From Desulfurococcales archaeon (GTDB lineage: Archaea; Thermoproteota; Thermoprotei_A; Sulfolobales; Desulfurococcaceae), in the NCBI GenBank assembly GCA_027022365.1, contig JALVYU010000030.1:1-64000 (forward strand): a DNA stretch of 64,000 nucleotides. The letters are read 5' to 3'. The position numbers and the translations under genes were made by a program. Positions 36,617 through 47,395 of the stretch are shown here, one piece after another; the stretch's first letter is position 1; every line of letters begins with the position of its first letter. The notes beneath the pieces were generated by a model. It was not told where the DNA came from. It ran no database searches and was given only the letters and a program-made list of their open reading frames with translations.

Positions 36617-39454
36617 ATGAGGGCCCAATACACGATAAAAAAGATAATCCTAAAGAACTTCATAAGCCACCGCGAAACAATCATTGATTTCGATCAAGGA
36701 GTAACCGTGCTAATAGGCCCAAACGGCGCAGGCAAGACAAGCATACTAGAAGCAATATATTTCGCCCTAACAGGCAAGGGATGGAGAGCCCAGCGGAGAA
36801 AGAAAGACCTCATCAATACCAGTGCGCGGGAAGCAACCGTAGAGATGATCATGAGTATAGGGGATAACGAAGAACTATACATCAAGAGGAAAATACCGGG
36901 GACACCCACTGACACGATCCTCCAACTAAGAGTCGACGGAAAAACAGTGGATACAGCTAGGGGTGAAGCACAGGTAAACGAGAAGATAAGGGAAATACTG
37001 GGGTTAGACCCGGAGAAGCTGAGGACGATAGCGATAATACCGCAGGGAGGAATAACGAGGCTATTCACAGATCTTACACCCAGCGAGAGAAAGAAGATCA
37101 TAGATACTCTTCTAGGAATAGATGATTACGAGAAAGCATATCAGAACATAGCAGAGCTGGATCTCAAAGCACCAAAACCCCTAGCATCAATAGGGATAAT
37201 AACCGCGACGCCCCGCCAATCAATGATCAAGAACCTCGAGAAATATCTTGTCGAGACAATACCGCGTGAGACAAGAGAAACAAAACAACAGCTGGATAGA
37301 CTAGCAAAGGAGAAGAGCAACGCGGAGAAAGAGATCAAGAGGATCGAGGAAGAAATTAGGAAAATAAATGAGGAGCTCGAAAAACTTGAAAAAGAAGTCA
37401 AAGAGCTCGAAGAAACAAGGATAAAGTATGAGAAGCTGAAGACCATAATAGAGAGGCTATCACGAGAAATAGGCGAGCTCAGCAACAGGATAAAGGAATA
37501 CGAAGAAAAGATCAGAGCGATAGAAGAAAAACTAGTTCATATGAAGCATGTAGAGAAAATACTTGAAATGGAGAAGGAATACAGCGAGTACAGGCACAAG
37601 AGAAAGCGGCTCGAAGAACTCATCGAGAGAAACAAGGAGATCGAAGAGGAGATAAAGAGGCTAGAGCCGATTAAAAAGCGGCTTGAACAACTCATATCTA
37701 GGATCAAGAAGCCCCTCGAACAACTAGAGAAGGAAGCTGAGGAGCGCAAGAACACGATCAAAGAGAAACAGGAGCAACTCGAAAAACTAGCTGGAGAACT
37801 AGAAGCGCTAAAACACGAAGAAGCCGGTCTAGCGAAAGAACTTGAGAACCTGGAGAGCGAGATAAAGGATTTCCTAAGGAAAACAATCAACTTGCTAGAG
37901 ATCAAGGTGACCGATCCAAGGAGAGTTCCCGACATAGTACTAGAGAAGACGATGAAGCTGATCGAAGAACATGATAGATTGAACGAAGAACTCAAAACAA
38001 TAGAGAAAAAGATCGGCGAGTTAGAAGCACTTAAGAAGCAAGAAATGGAGAAACTCGAGATACTTAGGGGGACGGGAGAAGGAAAATGCCCGCTATGCGG
38101 GCAGCCGTTGACAGAGGAACATAGGGCCGAAATAATCAAGAAGACAAGGGAGAAGATAAAACGTATCGGTTCAGAGCTTGATGAACTCGTGAATACAAAG
38201 AAAAAACTAGAGAATAGGCTAAAAACTTTAGAGAACCTAATCGATCAGGCCAGGAACCTGGCGGCTCTCGCCGAACGGGTTAAATCCTTCCTGGAGAAAC
38301 GCGATGTCCTCGAGCCAAAATTGAAAGTTCTGAGAAGAACGATAGTCGAGAAAACTAGGATAAGGGCGGAAATCGAGAAGGAAATCAAAGATCTTGAGGC
38401 GAGCCTCGAAGAAATAAACAACATGATAAATGATGCCAAGCTCTACAATGACCTCGTAAAACTGTCACCCCCGAAGAAACTCGATCTCCTCAAAGAGGAG
38501 AAGAAGAGGATCGGCGATGAGATAACAATGCTGAACCAGTGGATAAATAGTTTCGAGGACAAAATGAAGAAACTGATAGAAGGCAGGAGCGCTGATTATG
38601 AGGAAGTATTTGCCGAAGCAAGGGCAAAATATGACAAGCTAGTCATGCTGGCCGGCCAGAAAGAAGAGCTCGAGAAAGCCCTTGATAAGATCAGGGAGGA
38701 GAAGAAGACCAAGGAGAAGGAGCTCGAGAAGCTCGCCTCTGAATTGGAGAAGCTGAAGAGTAAGATCGAGGAGCTTGAGAAGGCGAAAAAGAGGAAAGAG
38801 GAACTCGAAGAGAAAAAGGAAGAGCTTCTCCGGAGGGAAGCAGAGCTCAGAGCCAGAATAGAGTCTTTGAACGAGAGGATCGAGGAGCTGGGAGAGAAGC
38901 TCGAAGAGCTACGCTCTAGGGAAAGAGCAGTGAGGGAAATACTCTACAAGCTAAAGATCCTACAATGGATCAGGGACAACATCCTACACAGGGACAAGGC
39001 CCCTGCCCTCCTCCGGCGCCGCTATACGAGGTTAATAGAGGCGCTTATGCGCGATTATATCCGTGTATTCGAGCTAGGATACAACGATGTAAGCATCGAT
39101 GACGACTTCAACATATATCTCAAAGCACCCGGATCGAGGACACCGATCGAGATAGCCCGTCTTAGCGGGGGAGAAAAAGTAGTGGTCAGCCTAGTCGCAA
39201 TGCTTGCTCTACACAAGGTTGTCGGAAGCGATAGGCTAGGGTTCCTTATCCTGGACGAGCCTACCGAGTTCCTCGACGATGAGAGGCGGAGAAAACTCAT
39301 AGAGCTCCTCAAGAAGTTCGGGGGCGGGAAGATCATAAAGCAACTCATCATAGTGACACATGACGAGGAGATCAAGGAGGCAGCAGAGACACTCTACCGT
39401 GTAGCGAAGACGAATGGGTACTCGCTGGTTGAGAGAGTCGAGATAGGTGAGTGA
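36617..39454 (+). CDS. rad50: Rad50 ATPase
   Basis: GPNGAGKTS, Q-loop IPQG, coiled coils with central CPLCG zinc hook, LSGGE, ILDEPT, VTHD. Confidence 0.95.
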   Translation: MRAQYTIKKIILKNFISHRETIIDFDQGVTVLIGPNGAGKTSILEAIYFALTGKGWRAQRRKKDLINTSAREATVEMIMSIGDNEELYIKRKIPGTPTDTILQLRVDGKTVDTARGEAQVNEKIREILGLDPEKLRTIAIIPQGGITRLFTDLTPSERKKIIDTLLGIDDYEKAYQNIAELDLKAPKPLASIGIITATPRQSMIKNLEKYLVETIPRETRETKQQLDRLAKEKSNAEKEIKRIEEEIRKINEELEKLEKEVKELEETRIKYEKLKTIIERLSREIGELSNRIKEYEEKIRAIEEKLVHMKHVEKILEMEKEYSEYRHKRKRLEELIERNKEIEEEIKRLEPIKKRLEQLISRIKKPLEQLEKEAEERKNTIKEKQEQLEKLAGELEALKHEEAGLAKELENLESEIKDFLRKTINLLEIKVTDPRRVPDIVLEKTMKLIEEHDRLNEELKTIEKKIGELEALKKQEMEKLEILRGTGEGKCPLCGQPLTEEHRAEIIKKTREKIKRIGSELDELVNTKKKLENRLKTLENLIDQARNLAALAERVKSFLEKRDVLEPKLKVLRRTIVEKTRIRAEIEKEIKDLEASLEEINNMINDAKLYNDLVKLSPPKKLDLLKEEKKRIGDEITMLNQWINSFEDKMKKLIEGRSADYEEVFAEARAKYDKLVMLAGQKEELEKALDKIREEKKTKEKELEKLASELEKLKSKIEELEKAKKRKEELEEKKEELLRREAELRARIESLNERIEELGEKLEELRSRERAVREILYKLKILQWIRDNILHRDKAPALLRRRYTRLIEALMRDYIRVFELGYNDVSIDDDFNIYLKAPGSRTPIEIARLSGGEKVVVSLVAMLALHKVVGSDRLGFLILDEPTEFLDDERRRKLIELLKKFGGGKIIKQLIIVTHDEEIKEAAETLYRVAKTNGYSLVERVEIGE

Positions 39455-40638
39455 ACATGTCTGAGTCTATGATATACGAGGCCCTCGGTAGGCGGAGAGA
39501 CGAGATAATCGGTAAATTGAAAAAGATAAACTTTGACGCCCTGGAGGACATTGTGCGTAAGTACTGGAGGCCCTACCAGCCTAGGACGATCAAGGATCGG
39601 AGCGCAGCGGCTGTGGACGGCGGTGAGGGGAGGAAAGAGTTCTTCGGCTACACCCTATACATAGTCTCAGGGGTCTCCATAGTTTACGCTTCAACGCCGA
39701 GACAATATGGTTTCGTCGATATAGACATCCTGCACCCTCCCAGCATAGGCGAAAGGATAAGCCTGTTCCGCGAGATCCTTGAAGGACGCGCGGGACTCAT
39801 GGCGGCCAGGGAAACAGATACCCTGTTCCTCGACGGAAGCCTTAGATCAATAATGATAGCGCCCCGCCCCCTTAGAGAAGAAACAATGCCTAAAACCATT
39901 AGCCGGGCCCACGAGCTATTCGGTGAGAACGTATTCCAAGACCTAGAAGCTACTGTGCTGGAAAATCTATACGACTATGAGAACACATGGTATAACCCCA
40001 TAACAAGCCATACATTCATGAAGGATAAGACCCTGACAGACGAGCACAATGACGCCATAATACTTGTCGAGTACATCGAGAAACTAATCATCTATAGGGA
40101 GCTGCTAAAGAAGATGAAGAAGGGAGAGAACATCCTCGTCTATATCTCGAAGAGGAGTAGAGCGCAGAACTATTTCAAAGACATTGATAAACAACTTCTA
40201 CCCCCCGGAACGCCTTTGCCGAGCGATATCGTGTTGTTCCAGTGGTTCACGAGCGAGCCGGGATATAGCATACCGATCATACCAGAGGAAACCCGTGAGG
40301 CTGGGAGGAGATTCAAGGTAATGCCAAGCGTAGTCGGGCTCAGAGAATTCTATGATAGGCTAAGAATAGCGATAACATATGTTAGACTAGTAGAGGACGG
40401 CCCACTACTCAAGCTAGAGATACCTGTTTTCGGCTGGAAGGGGGAACTGGAGGGCCTAGTCGAGAAACTAATGGATAAACTCTACACGTCTTCATCACCC
40501 AGCGACGGATATCCCTACCCCTTGATCGAGGTGGACAAACAGGCAAAGATACCACGGGCCGTGGTAGATAATGTGGCCTTGCTTCTAGGCTTATCTCCCA
40601 TCCCAAGCGGGAGAGAGGTGCTTGGAGAATGGCGTTAG
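39451..40638 (+). CDS. nurA: NurA 5'-3' nuclease
   Basis: AAVDGG, LFLDGSL, ISKRS, GYPYPL...D motifs; operon context. Confidence 0.9.
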   Translation: MNMSESMIYEALGRRRDEIIGKLKKINFDALEDIVRKYWRPYQPRTIKDRSAAAVDGGEGRKEFFGYTLYIVSGVSIVYASTPRQYGFVDIDILHPPSIGERISLFREILEGRAGLMAARETDTLFLDGSLRSIMIAPRPLREETMPKTISRAHELFGENVFQDLEATVLENLYDYENTWYNPITSHTFMKDKTLTDEHNDAIILVEYIEKLIIYRELLKKMKKGENILVYISKRSRAQNYFKDIDKQLLPPGTPLPSDIVLFQWFTSEPGYSIPIIPEETREAGRRFKVMPSVVGLREFYDRLRIAITYVRLVEDGPLLKLEIPVFGWKGELEGLVEKLMDKLYTSSSPSDGYPYPLIEVDKQAKIPRAVVDNVALLLGLSPIPSGREVLGEWR

Positions 40639-42197
40639 AGCCCCTAGGCCTTGTCGTCGGGGAGGCCAAGAATGTGGAGATAACGTTTACGGCGAATAGG
40701 CCTCCCCAAGTAGGAGAATATATCTTGGTAGAATATCCGAGAACAAACTGTTACGAGACCATGGATTGCAGCTATGTCCTGGGAATAGTCGAGGCGAGCC
40801 TTATAGGTAATCCCATGATGAATAATCTCTCTGTCAAGCCAGACCATGTCGAGAAAGCATTGCAGTTCGGAGCAGAGAGGCACATCTACATGGTTGGGAA
40901 GGCCCGGCTACTCTCATGGGTTGAGCCCCTCGCAGAGAAGAAGGTTCTCTACGCACCAAAATATCCTCCAATGCCAGGTGCAAAAGTATATAGAGCGGAC
41001 GATCATACATTGCAAGAGGTATTCAGCTGTAAGGAAAACAAGTGTATACCAATAGGTAGGCTTGTAAACCACCCCAACGTAAAGGTCAACATAGACGTTA
41101 ACGCCATCATGAGCAGGCACCTGGCAATACTCGCTGTAACGGGAGCTGGAAAATCCAACACCGTGGGGGTACTGCTTGATAGGATAGCCGAGAACCTTGG
41201 AGGAACAGCTCTTGTAATAGACATGCACAACGAGTACGGAAACATAGCGGGCGACAAGACAAAGATACTAGCTCCAAGACTTAACCCAGCCAGTCTCAGC
41301 GTCTGGGAATACTACTCCCTCCTAGGCCTCGACGAGAATGCATCAAAACAGCGCATGTACTTTGCCAAAGCATATGACGAGACAACCAAGGATAAAGAAT
41401 ACCTCAAACACCCAGAAGAATTCATACCAAAACTAAGAGAGGCGCTCGAAAAGTTCACAATGAACAAGAGCTACGCTAGTGACAAGAGATCAATAATTGA
41501 CGTAATAAACAAACTCGACGAGCTCATGAGGAGATACGGTGGAACAGTCCTCTCGCCCGAGGCCCCGATCAATATCGAGACCTACGTCGAGCCCGGGAAA
41601 ATAAACGTGCTACAACTAGGTAGCGTAGACGAAGACGTAGCTGACGCCGTGACCTACCATTACCTGAACAGTCTATTGGCTAAGAGAAAAGAATACGTTA
41701 CATCCAACGGGAGATCCGGGTATCCCGTACCAATACTCATAGTTATCGAGGAAGCCCATATACTCATACCCCGCGACCGTAGAACATTAACAAAGAGCGT
41801 TGCAGCCCGCATAGCACGTGAGGGCAGAAAATTCGGCGTCGGATTAACTCTGGTGAGCCAGAGACCCAAAAACATAGATGAGGATGCGCTAAGCCAGACG
41901 AACAATAAGATAATATTGAAACTCGTGTCCCCGGAGGATCTTAGATATGTTCAGAGAGCGAGCGAGACACTAAGCAATGAGCTACTAGAATTGCTCCCGG
42001 CCCTCAATGTTGGAGAAGCTGTTCTCCTCGGAATGATGATACCCATACCCGCAATAGTCAAGATAGACAAACACAGGCATAAGAGCAAAGGATCAGATAT
42101 CGATGCTGTCGAAGAGTGGAGTAAATACAGTAACGAAATAAAGGGAAAGGAGAACGAAAACGAGCTGGACGGATACGACGACTTCATAATGACCTAG
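40629..42197 (+). CDS. herA: HerA helicase/translocase
   Basis: HAS barrel, RHLAILAVTGAGKS, IEEAH, AREGRKFG, SQRP motifs. Confidence 0.95.
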   Translation: MALEPLGLVVGEAKNVEITFTANRPPQVGEYILVEYPRTNCYETMDCSYVLGIVEASLIGNPMMNNLSVKPDHVEKALQFGAERHIYMVGKARLLSWVEPLAEKKVLYAPKYPPMPGAKVYRADDHTLQEVFSCKENKCIPIGRLVNHPNVKVNIDVNAIMSRHLAILAVTGAGKSNTVGVLLDRIAENLGGTALVIDMHNEYGNIAGDKTKILAPRLNPASLSVWEYYSLLGLDENASKQRMYFAKAYDETTKDKEYLKHPEEFIPKLREALEKFTMNKSYASDKRSIIDVINKLDELMRRYGGTVLSPEAPINIETYVEPGKINVLQLGSVDEDVADAVTYHYLNSLLAKRKEYVTSNGRSGYPVPILIVIEEAHILIPRDRRTLTKSVAARIAREGRKFGVGLTLVSQRPKNIDEDALSQTNNKIILKLVSPEDLRYVQRASETLSNELLELLPALNVGEAVLLGMMIPIPAIVKIDKHRHKSKGSDIDAVEEWSKYSNEIKGKENENELDGYDDFIMT

Positions 42198-42203
42198 AAT
42201 ATT

Positions 42204-42608
42204 CTAATCCTCTTTTTCCGTACTTCTCAACAAGAACGGATCCTTGAATATATCAGATAACTTGACCACGCTGGTTTCCCCCGATTTCACACTATGCATC
42301 ACAATAGTTATCCCGGGGTTAAACTCCGCGAGTACCTGGCGGCAGGCACCACACGGCGGTATCGGGTGCTCGAGATCGGTGACTATCGCAATGGCTATTG
42401 GTTTCCTCTCACCATTAGAAACCATCGATGCTACAGCGTTTCTCTCAGCACATATTGTCAGCCCGTAGCTCGAATTCTCGACGTTAACGCCATAATATAT
42501 TGATCCCTGGTCGGTCAGTATGGCGGCCGCGACATGGATGTTGCTATATGGCGCGTAACTGTATCTTAGATGCTTCTTCGCCTCCTCTATTAAGAATTTG
42601 TACTCCAT
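42204..42608 (-). CDS. cdd: Cytidine deaminase (homotetrameric type)
   Basis: YAPYS, GVNVENSSYGLTICAER, PCGACRQ; probable start ATG 42608. Confidence 0.95.
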   Translation of the reverse strand: MEYKFLIEEAKKHLRYSYAPYSNIHVAAAILTDQGSIYYGVNVENSSYGLTICAERNAVASMVSNGERKPIAIAIVTDLEHPIPPCGACRQVLAEFNPGITIVMHSVKSGETSVVKLSDIFKDPFLLRSTEKED

Positions 42609-42670
42609 TTCCCTGCACCAAACTATGATGTTTTTCTTACATGAATTGTTTCGGGTCAAGTACCCTATCT

Positions 42671-43864
42671 TTAACCCTTTCGCTTGGAGATGATTTTCCA
42701 GAGTCTCGTCAATAGGATCGGAGTCAATATGCTTGTCACGTATATCAATATAATAACTCCTGCTACGACCTCATCGTTCAATACACCATATGCTAGGCCA
42801 AGACTAGTAATGACTAGCGCTACCTCCGCACGCGGGATCATCCCTATGCCTGTGAAGAGTGATTCCGGAAAGGACAATCCGCTCAGCTTAGCTGCCAGGC
42901 CGCAGCCGAGTATCTTGCTTATGATCGCCACAGCAACGATGACAATGATCGGTACTATGTATTCTAGGTGGGTGAGGTAAGGCTTGATATCGATCATAGC
43001 CGCTGATAATACGAAGAAGATGCTCGAGAAAATGTTTGGTATAAGGCTGAAACGCTCGATAATGGCTCTGGCGCCGCGTACCTCGCTGAAGGCGAGGCCC
43101 ACGGCATAGGCGCCGACTACGAGGCTTAGATTAACCTTCACGCTCGCCCATGCAACGATCAGTGTGAGGGCGAATAGTATCGATATAATAGTGTCCTGTA
43201 GGTGCCCCAGTCTTGTCAGCCATCGCCAAATACCAGCACTGCCCCTATGGAGTGCTAGTATGAGGAAAACATAGAAGGTTATTGCGACTCCAGCGGTTAC
43301 TAATAGGTCCTCGATGCGTGCACCACCACTGCTTACCATTGCTACAGTTAGGCCGAGGACTATAAGGCCGCCGACATCATCGAGTACAGCGGCTCCGAGT
43401 ATTGAAGATGCTATAGGGTGAGCTATAGCTCCTATATCTGACAAAACCTTGACGGTTAAGCCGACACTGGTGGCCGTGAGAACCGCTCCTATGAACAAGC
43501 ATGTAGCCTGGGGATAGCCTAGGAGGAGGCCCGCGGCGTAGCCCATGAGGAAAGAAGAGATTATTCCGCCGAATGCTATCCAGAAGCTATGGTGGAGGCT
43601 CTTCATGAACTCAGTGAACTTTGTCTCCATCCCCGCTAGGAATAGGAGACTTATGATACCGATCCATTTCAGGAGATCGAGCTCCTCAACAATATTCGGC
43701 GTCAGAATATCCAGGATGCTTGGTCCTAGAACTAATCCAGCAAGTATATCACCAAGAACTGGTGGATAGCCCCTCCAGCTGATCAGCTCCTCGAAAACCT
43801 TGGCAACAACTATGATAACTGCGAGCGCCAATAATAGATCAGCTACCGCGGCTTCACTGGCCAC
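42671..43864 (-). CDS. CPA2 cation:proton antiporter (NapA/KefB-like)
   Basis: LFLAGMET, ATSVG, AAVLDDVG, GMIPRAEV motifs. Confidence 0.9.
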   Translation of the reverse strand: MASEAAVADLLLALAVIIVVAKVFEELISWRGYPPVLGDILAGLVLGPSILDILTPNIVEELDLLKWIGIISLLFLAGMETKFTEFMKSLHHSFWIAFGGIISSFLMGYAAGLLLGYPQATCLFIGAVLTATSVGLTVKVLSDIGAIAHPIASSILGAAVLDDVGGLIVLGLTVAMVSSGGARIEDLLVTAGVAITFYVFLILALHRGSAGIWRWLTRLGHLQDTIISILFALTLIVAWASVKVNLSLVVGAYAVGLAFSEVRGARAIIERFSLIPNIFSSIFFVLSAAMIDIKPYLTHLEYIVPIIVIVAVAIISKILGCGLAAKLSGLSFPESLFTGIGMIPRAEVALVITSLGLAYGVLNDEVVAGVIILIYVTSILTPILLTRLWKIISKRKG

Positions 43865-44081
43865 TCCTTATTCCCCGCGTTGTCCAATATATTTCACATA
43901 ATACAGTTCACAGTATTAATAAATAGAATGAAGGTCCCACGAATTCTAATTAAATAATGGATTAGTTCAAGTGTAAAAACCATATTCTCAAATTTTTCTG
44001 GGAAAAGTCCTTGATAGGGCGTTGTCAAACGATGTGGTTTTCTTCATAACTTATCCCAATGATTAATATGTTCATATTTTA

Positions 44082-45014
44082 CTACCATAGGCCTTGATCC
44101 CAGATGAACTCTATGACCTCATCATGGGAGGGAACACTATGGCTTCCAAGCCTCGAGACTTTCAGTGCAGCAACAGCATTTGCGTAGATGAGGGCTTTCT
44201 TCAAGCTATAGCCCCTAGAGAGGCCTAGGAGTAGGCCTGCCGCGAAAGCGTCTCCAGCCCCCGTGGTATCAACAACTTTTTCGACAGCGAATGCTGGTAG
44301 CTCGTACTCCTCGCCCCTCCTAGTCTTAGCGTATACACCCTCTTTACCGCGCTTAACGACAACCATTTCCGGGCCATACTCGAGAAGCTTTTCGGCCGCC
44401 TCCTTATAGTCCTCGAGGCCAGTGAGGCTCTTTGCCTCATACCTGTTCGCCAGTATTATATCGACTTTTTCTAGTAGCTCCTTGAGGTTCTCGGCCCCTT
44501 TCCTAGCCAGTACTCTGCCGGGATCCCATGATACAGTAGCACCTGTTTCGTGAGCTATACTTGCAGCGACTATGCTTGTATCGGGCCTAAGACTCGCTAT
44601 GTGCACGTACTTCGCCCTGCTGATCAGGGCTCTGTCCAAGTCGCTTGGTTCAAGCTTCTCGGTAGCGCCCTTGAACCCATACATGATCACTCTGCCGGTC
44701 TTATCTATTATGACGATGGTGAACCCTGTGTCTGCGATACATACTCTGACCCCGGAGACATCCACCCCGTGCCTCATGAGCTCATCCACGACCATTCTTC
44801 CGAAATCGTCGAGGCCTAGCTTCACTATTATTCCGGATCTACCGCCTAGCTTGGTGATATCTATTGCAACATTAGCGGCAGAACCGCCTACACCTCTTGC
44901 CTGCCTCAAGATAGGGCTCTCCTGATCCGGGTTGGCGAAGAACTCTACAATGAATCTTATATCGACCAGTGCGTGGCCGACAGTTACAACGTCTAGGTCT
45001 TTCTTGCCCGTCAT
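44082..45014 (-). CDS. pfkB: PfkB/ribokinase-family kinase (crenarchaeal ATP-phosphofructokinase / ribose-1-phosphate kinase type)
   Basis: VGHALVD, GGSAANVA, SWDPG, NRYE, VDTTGAGD. From memory it closely resembles Aeropyrum APE_0012, which is also next to fba. Confidence 0.85.
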   Translation of the reverse strand: MTGKKDLDVVTVGHALVDIRFIVEFFANPDQESPILRQARGVGGSAANVAIDITKLGGRSGIIVKLGLDDFGRMVVDELMRHGVDVSGVRVCIADTGFTIVIIDKTGRVIMYGFKGATEKLEPSDLDRALISRAKYVHIASLRPDTSIVAASIAHETGATVSWDPGRVLARKGAENLKELLEKVDIILANRYEAKSLTGLEDYKEAAEKLLEYGPEMVVVKRGKEGVYAKTRRGEEYELPAFAVEKVVDTTGAGDAFAAGLLLGLSRGYSLKKALIYANAVAALKVSRLGSHSVPSHDEVIEFIWDQGLW

Positions 45015-45125
45015 TTCTATATCCCTACAATAACATATTATTTGATCAAATCTGTAAAATAAGGTTCTATTAATGAATAATACTCAAAGATTTCCTAACC
45101 ATGATTTTATCCGTGAAAAATAGGC

Positions 45126-45962
45126 TTACCTTATGAGCTTAACCGCCTCCTCGGGCGTGAGGCCCTCGTGTACAATTGCTATAACTGCTTTCATCATAGC
45201 CTTCGGGTTCGGGTGCTGAAACACGTTTCTCCCTACTACTACGCCTTTACCGCCGGCGGCTATCACGTTATAGACATCCTGTAGGAACTCTATCTCTTTC
45301 TCGCGCTTCGGCCCGCCGCTCATGAGTACAGGGACTCCTGAGGCCGCCTTCACTACTTCTGCAAAGCTATCCCTGTCTCCAGTATAGTATGTCTTTATTA
45401 GGTCGGCGCCGCTCTCCGCCGCGGCTCTTGCACCGTACTTCACTACCTCGACATCATACCTGTTCGTTATCGCTGGGCCTCTCGGATATGCTAGTTGGAG
45501 GCAAGGCAAACCGTATGATTCGGCCGCATTTCTTATAGAGAACCATCTTTCAAGCATTACGTCTTCGAACTGGCTCCCCCAGTAGACGGTCGCAGCGACA
45601 GCATCTGCTCCAAGGGCTACTGCTTCTTCTACGTAGCCGAAAGTACTCTGCAGCAGCCGCTCTTCCTTCGGCCTTAGGTTGGATTTACTCGTGATCTTTA
45701 TTATCATGGCTGTTCTGCCAGCCCATATATCATAGGTTAGCCTGGCCATGCCGGGAAGCATCATTATCGCGTCTACTCCGGCCTCAACAACGGCCTCTAT
45801 TATCGGCCTCGGATCTATCTTCTCACCGGGGAAATCTCTTGGTCCATGCTCTACTCCATGGTCGAAAGCAAATATTACCGCTTTTCCGTCGTTCCCAAGT
45901 ATCCTTTTCAGTCTAACAGTTTTCCCTACATGTGTATAGGTGGGTAGAACCATGAACATCAC
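45126..45962 (-). CDS. fba: Archaeal class I (DhnA-type) fructose-1,6-bisphosphate aldolase
   Basis: [23 protein letters not shown] (Schiff-base Lys), SGGPK, VGRNVFQ. Confidence 0.9.
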   Translation of the reverse strand: MMFMVLPTYTHVGKTVRLKRILGNDGKAVIFAFDHGVEHGPRDFPGEKIDPRPIIEAVVEAGVDAIMMLPGMARLTYDIWAGRTAMIIKITSKSNLRPKEERLLQSTFGYVEEAVALGADAVAATVYWGSQFEDVMLERWFSIRNAAESYGLPCLQLAYPRGPAITNRYDVEVVKYGARAAAESGADLIKTYYTGDRDSFAEVVKAASGVPVLMSGGPKREKEIEFLQDVYNVIAAGGKGVVVGRNVFQHPNPKAMMKAVIAIVHEGLTPEEAVKLIR

Positions 45963-46097
45963 CCATGTTATGATATATTGTCATCGTCGTGAATAAGATT
46001 ATCTAAAACCAAATATTTAAACATATAATTATATAATCTCGTGGATGCAAAGAAAAGAAAGAGAAAAGAATATTGAACTAATTGTTTAAATGATTCT

Positions 46098-47111
46098 TTA
46101 AATCGCTAGCTCCTCGAGGAGTTTCTTCCTATCAACAAGCTCTCTCTTCTTCTTGAACAGCCTTGTGCTGAAGTATCTTGCCGCGTAGTCAGGCAGTATA
46201 GTCACGATCTTCTTTCCTTCACCGAGGTTGTACTTCCTAGCTACCTTGATGGCGCATACCACGTTTGCACCGCTACTGATACCGACTGGTAGTGCTTCCA
46301 GCCTGGCGATCTTCCTGGCCATCTCTATTGCCTCGTCACTAGTGGCTGTTACAAAGTCGTTTAGTAGGTACTTGTACCTCTTCACTATGTCCGGTACGAA
46401 GCCGTCGCCCACACCCTCGATCTCGTGGCGGCCCCACGGGCCCTCCTTGCCGGTCTTGAACCATTCTGCAGCTACCGGGCACTCGGCCGGCTCAGCGCCA
46501 ACGACTATTACATCGCGGCACTCCTCCTTAAGCCTCTTAGCTACGCCCATCAGTGTTCCGCCAGTACCTACCTGGGCCACGAATGCGTCGGGACAGCCGA
46601 TCTGGTCCAGGATCTCCTTACCGGTTGTCTCGTAGTGTGCCTGTACGTTTGCCTCATCACCCCACTGGTCAAAGAGGTAGTACTTGTCGGGGTTCTCGGC
46701 GGCTAGCTTCCTGGCTGCCTCTAGTGCTTCTCCAGCATTGCTCTCACCGCCTGGAGTGAATAGGAATTCTGCGCCGAACAGCCTCATGAGCAGGAATCTC
46801 TCTGCGCTCATCTCCTCGGGTATTACTATGAGTACCTTGTATCCTAGGTAGCTCCCGATGGCGGCGAAAGCTATTCCTGTGTTACCGGTTGTCGGTACAA
46901 CGATTGTCATTCCGGGCTTTAGTTCTCCTCTCTCCTCAGCAGCCCTGATCATATAGTAGGCCATCCTGTCCTTGACACTGCCTGTCGGGTTCATGAATTC
47001 TGCCTTAGCCCATATCTCAGCCTTGACGTCTTCGGGCACTACTCGGGATAGTTTAATAATAGGTGTTTTACCGATGCATTCGATTACATTGTTGCATACT
47101 CTTAGGCTCAA
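46098..47111 (-). CDS. PLP-dependent cysteine synthase/CBS-family enzyme
   Basis: IGKTP, KAEFMNPTGSVKDR, TGNTG, VGTGGT, IEGVG, GISSGA, LPD. Probable start TTG 47111 behind GGAGG (track start 47186). Confidence 0.88.
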   Translation of the reverse strand: MSLRVCNNVIECIGKTPIIKLSRVVPEDVKAEIWAKAEFMNPTGSVKDRMAYYMIRAAEERGELKPGMTIVVPTTGNTGIAFAAIGSYLGYKVLIVIPEEMSAERFLLMRLFGAEFLFTPGGESNAGEALEAARKLAAENPDKYYLFDQWGDEANVQAHYETTGKEILDQIGCPDAFVAQVGTGGTLMGVAKRLKEECRDVIVVGAEPAECPVAAEWFKTGKEGPWGRHEIEGVGDGFVPDIVKRYKYLLNDFVTATSDEAIEMARKIARLEALPVGISSGANVVCAIKVARKYNLGEGKKIVTILPDYAARYFSTRLFKKKRELVDRKKLLEELAI

Positions 47112-47395
47112 CCAGTCATCCCTCCCGGGGTATGTTTTTCTTGAGACTATTTGTTGTGCCAGCTCATTAATAATACTAACCATCAATACCTTGTTATAAG
47201 GTCATGGATTAGCTCTGGCCACGGCTGATATTAGGTGATCTAACCCTCTGCGGGAATATCAATTTCTATCTAATAGTCTTTAGTTGATGAAGGCCGCCTC
47301 GTCTCTATTCAATCCATTATATTAAAACATTATAATATATATTCTACTATGATTCTTAGAATATGTTAGATTAGTTCTCGCCGAGGTGAACCAGC

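Noticed and set aside
37141-38940. Purine-rich quasi-repeats (GAGCTCGAGAAG-like) and Ser/Phe-rich antisense ORFs
   Set aside because: Explained by Rad50 E/K/L coiled-coil codons.
39451-42197. NurA-HerA as an antiviral defence module
   Set aside because: It lies in the canonical housekeeping mre11-rad50-nurA-herA operon.
47363-47395. Selenocysteine or readthrough at in-frame TGA 47387
   Set aside because: The TGA is part of the SD; another in-frame stop (TAG 47372) lies upstream with no start codon in between.
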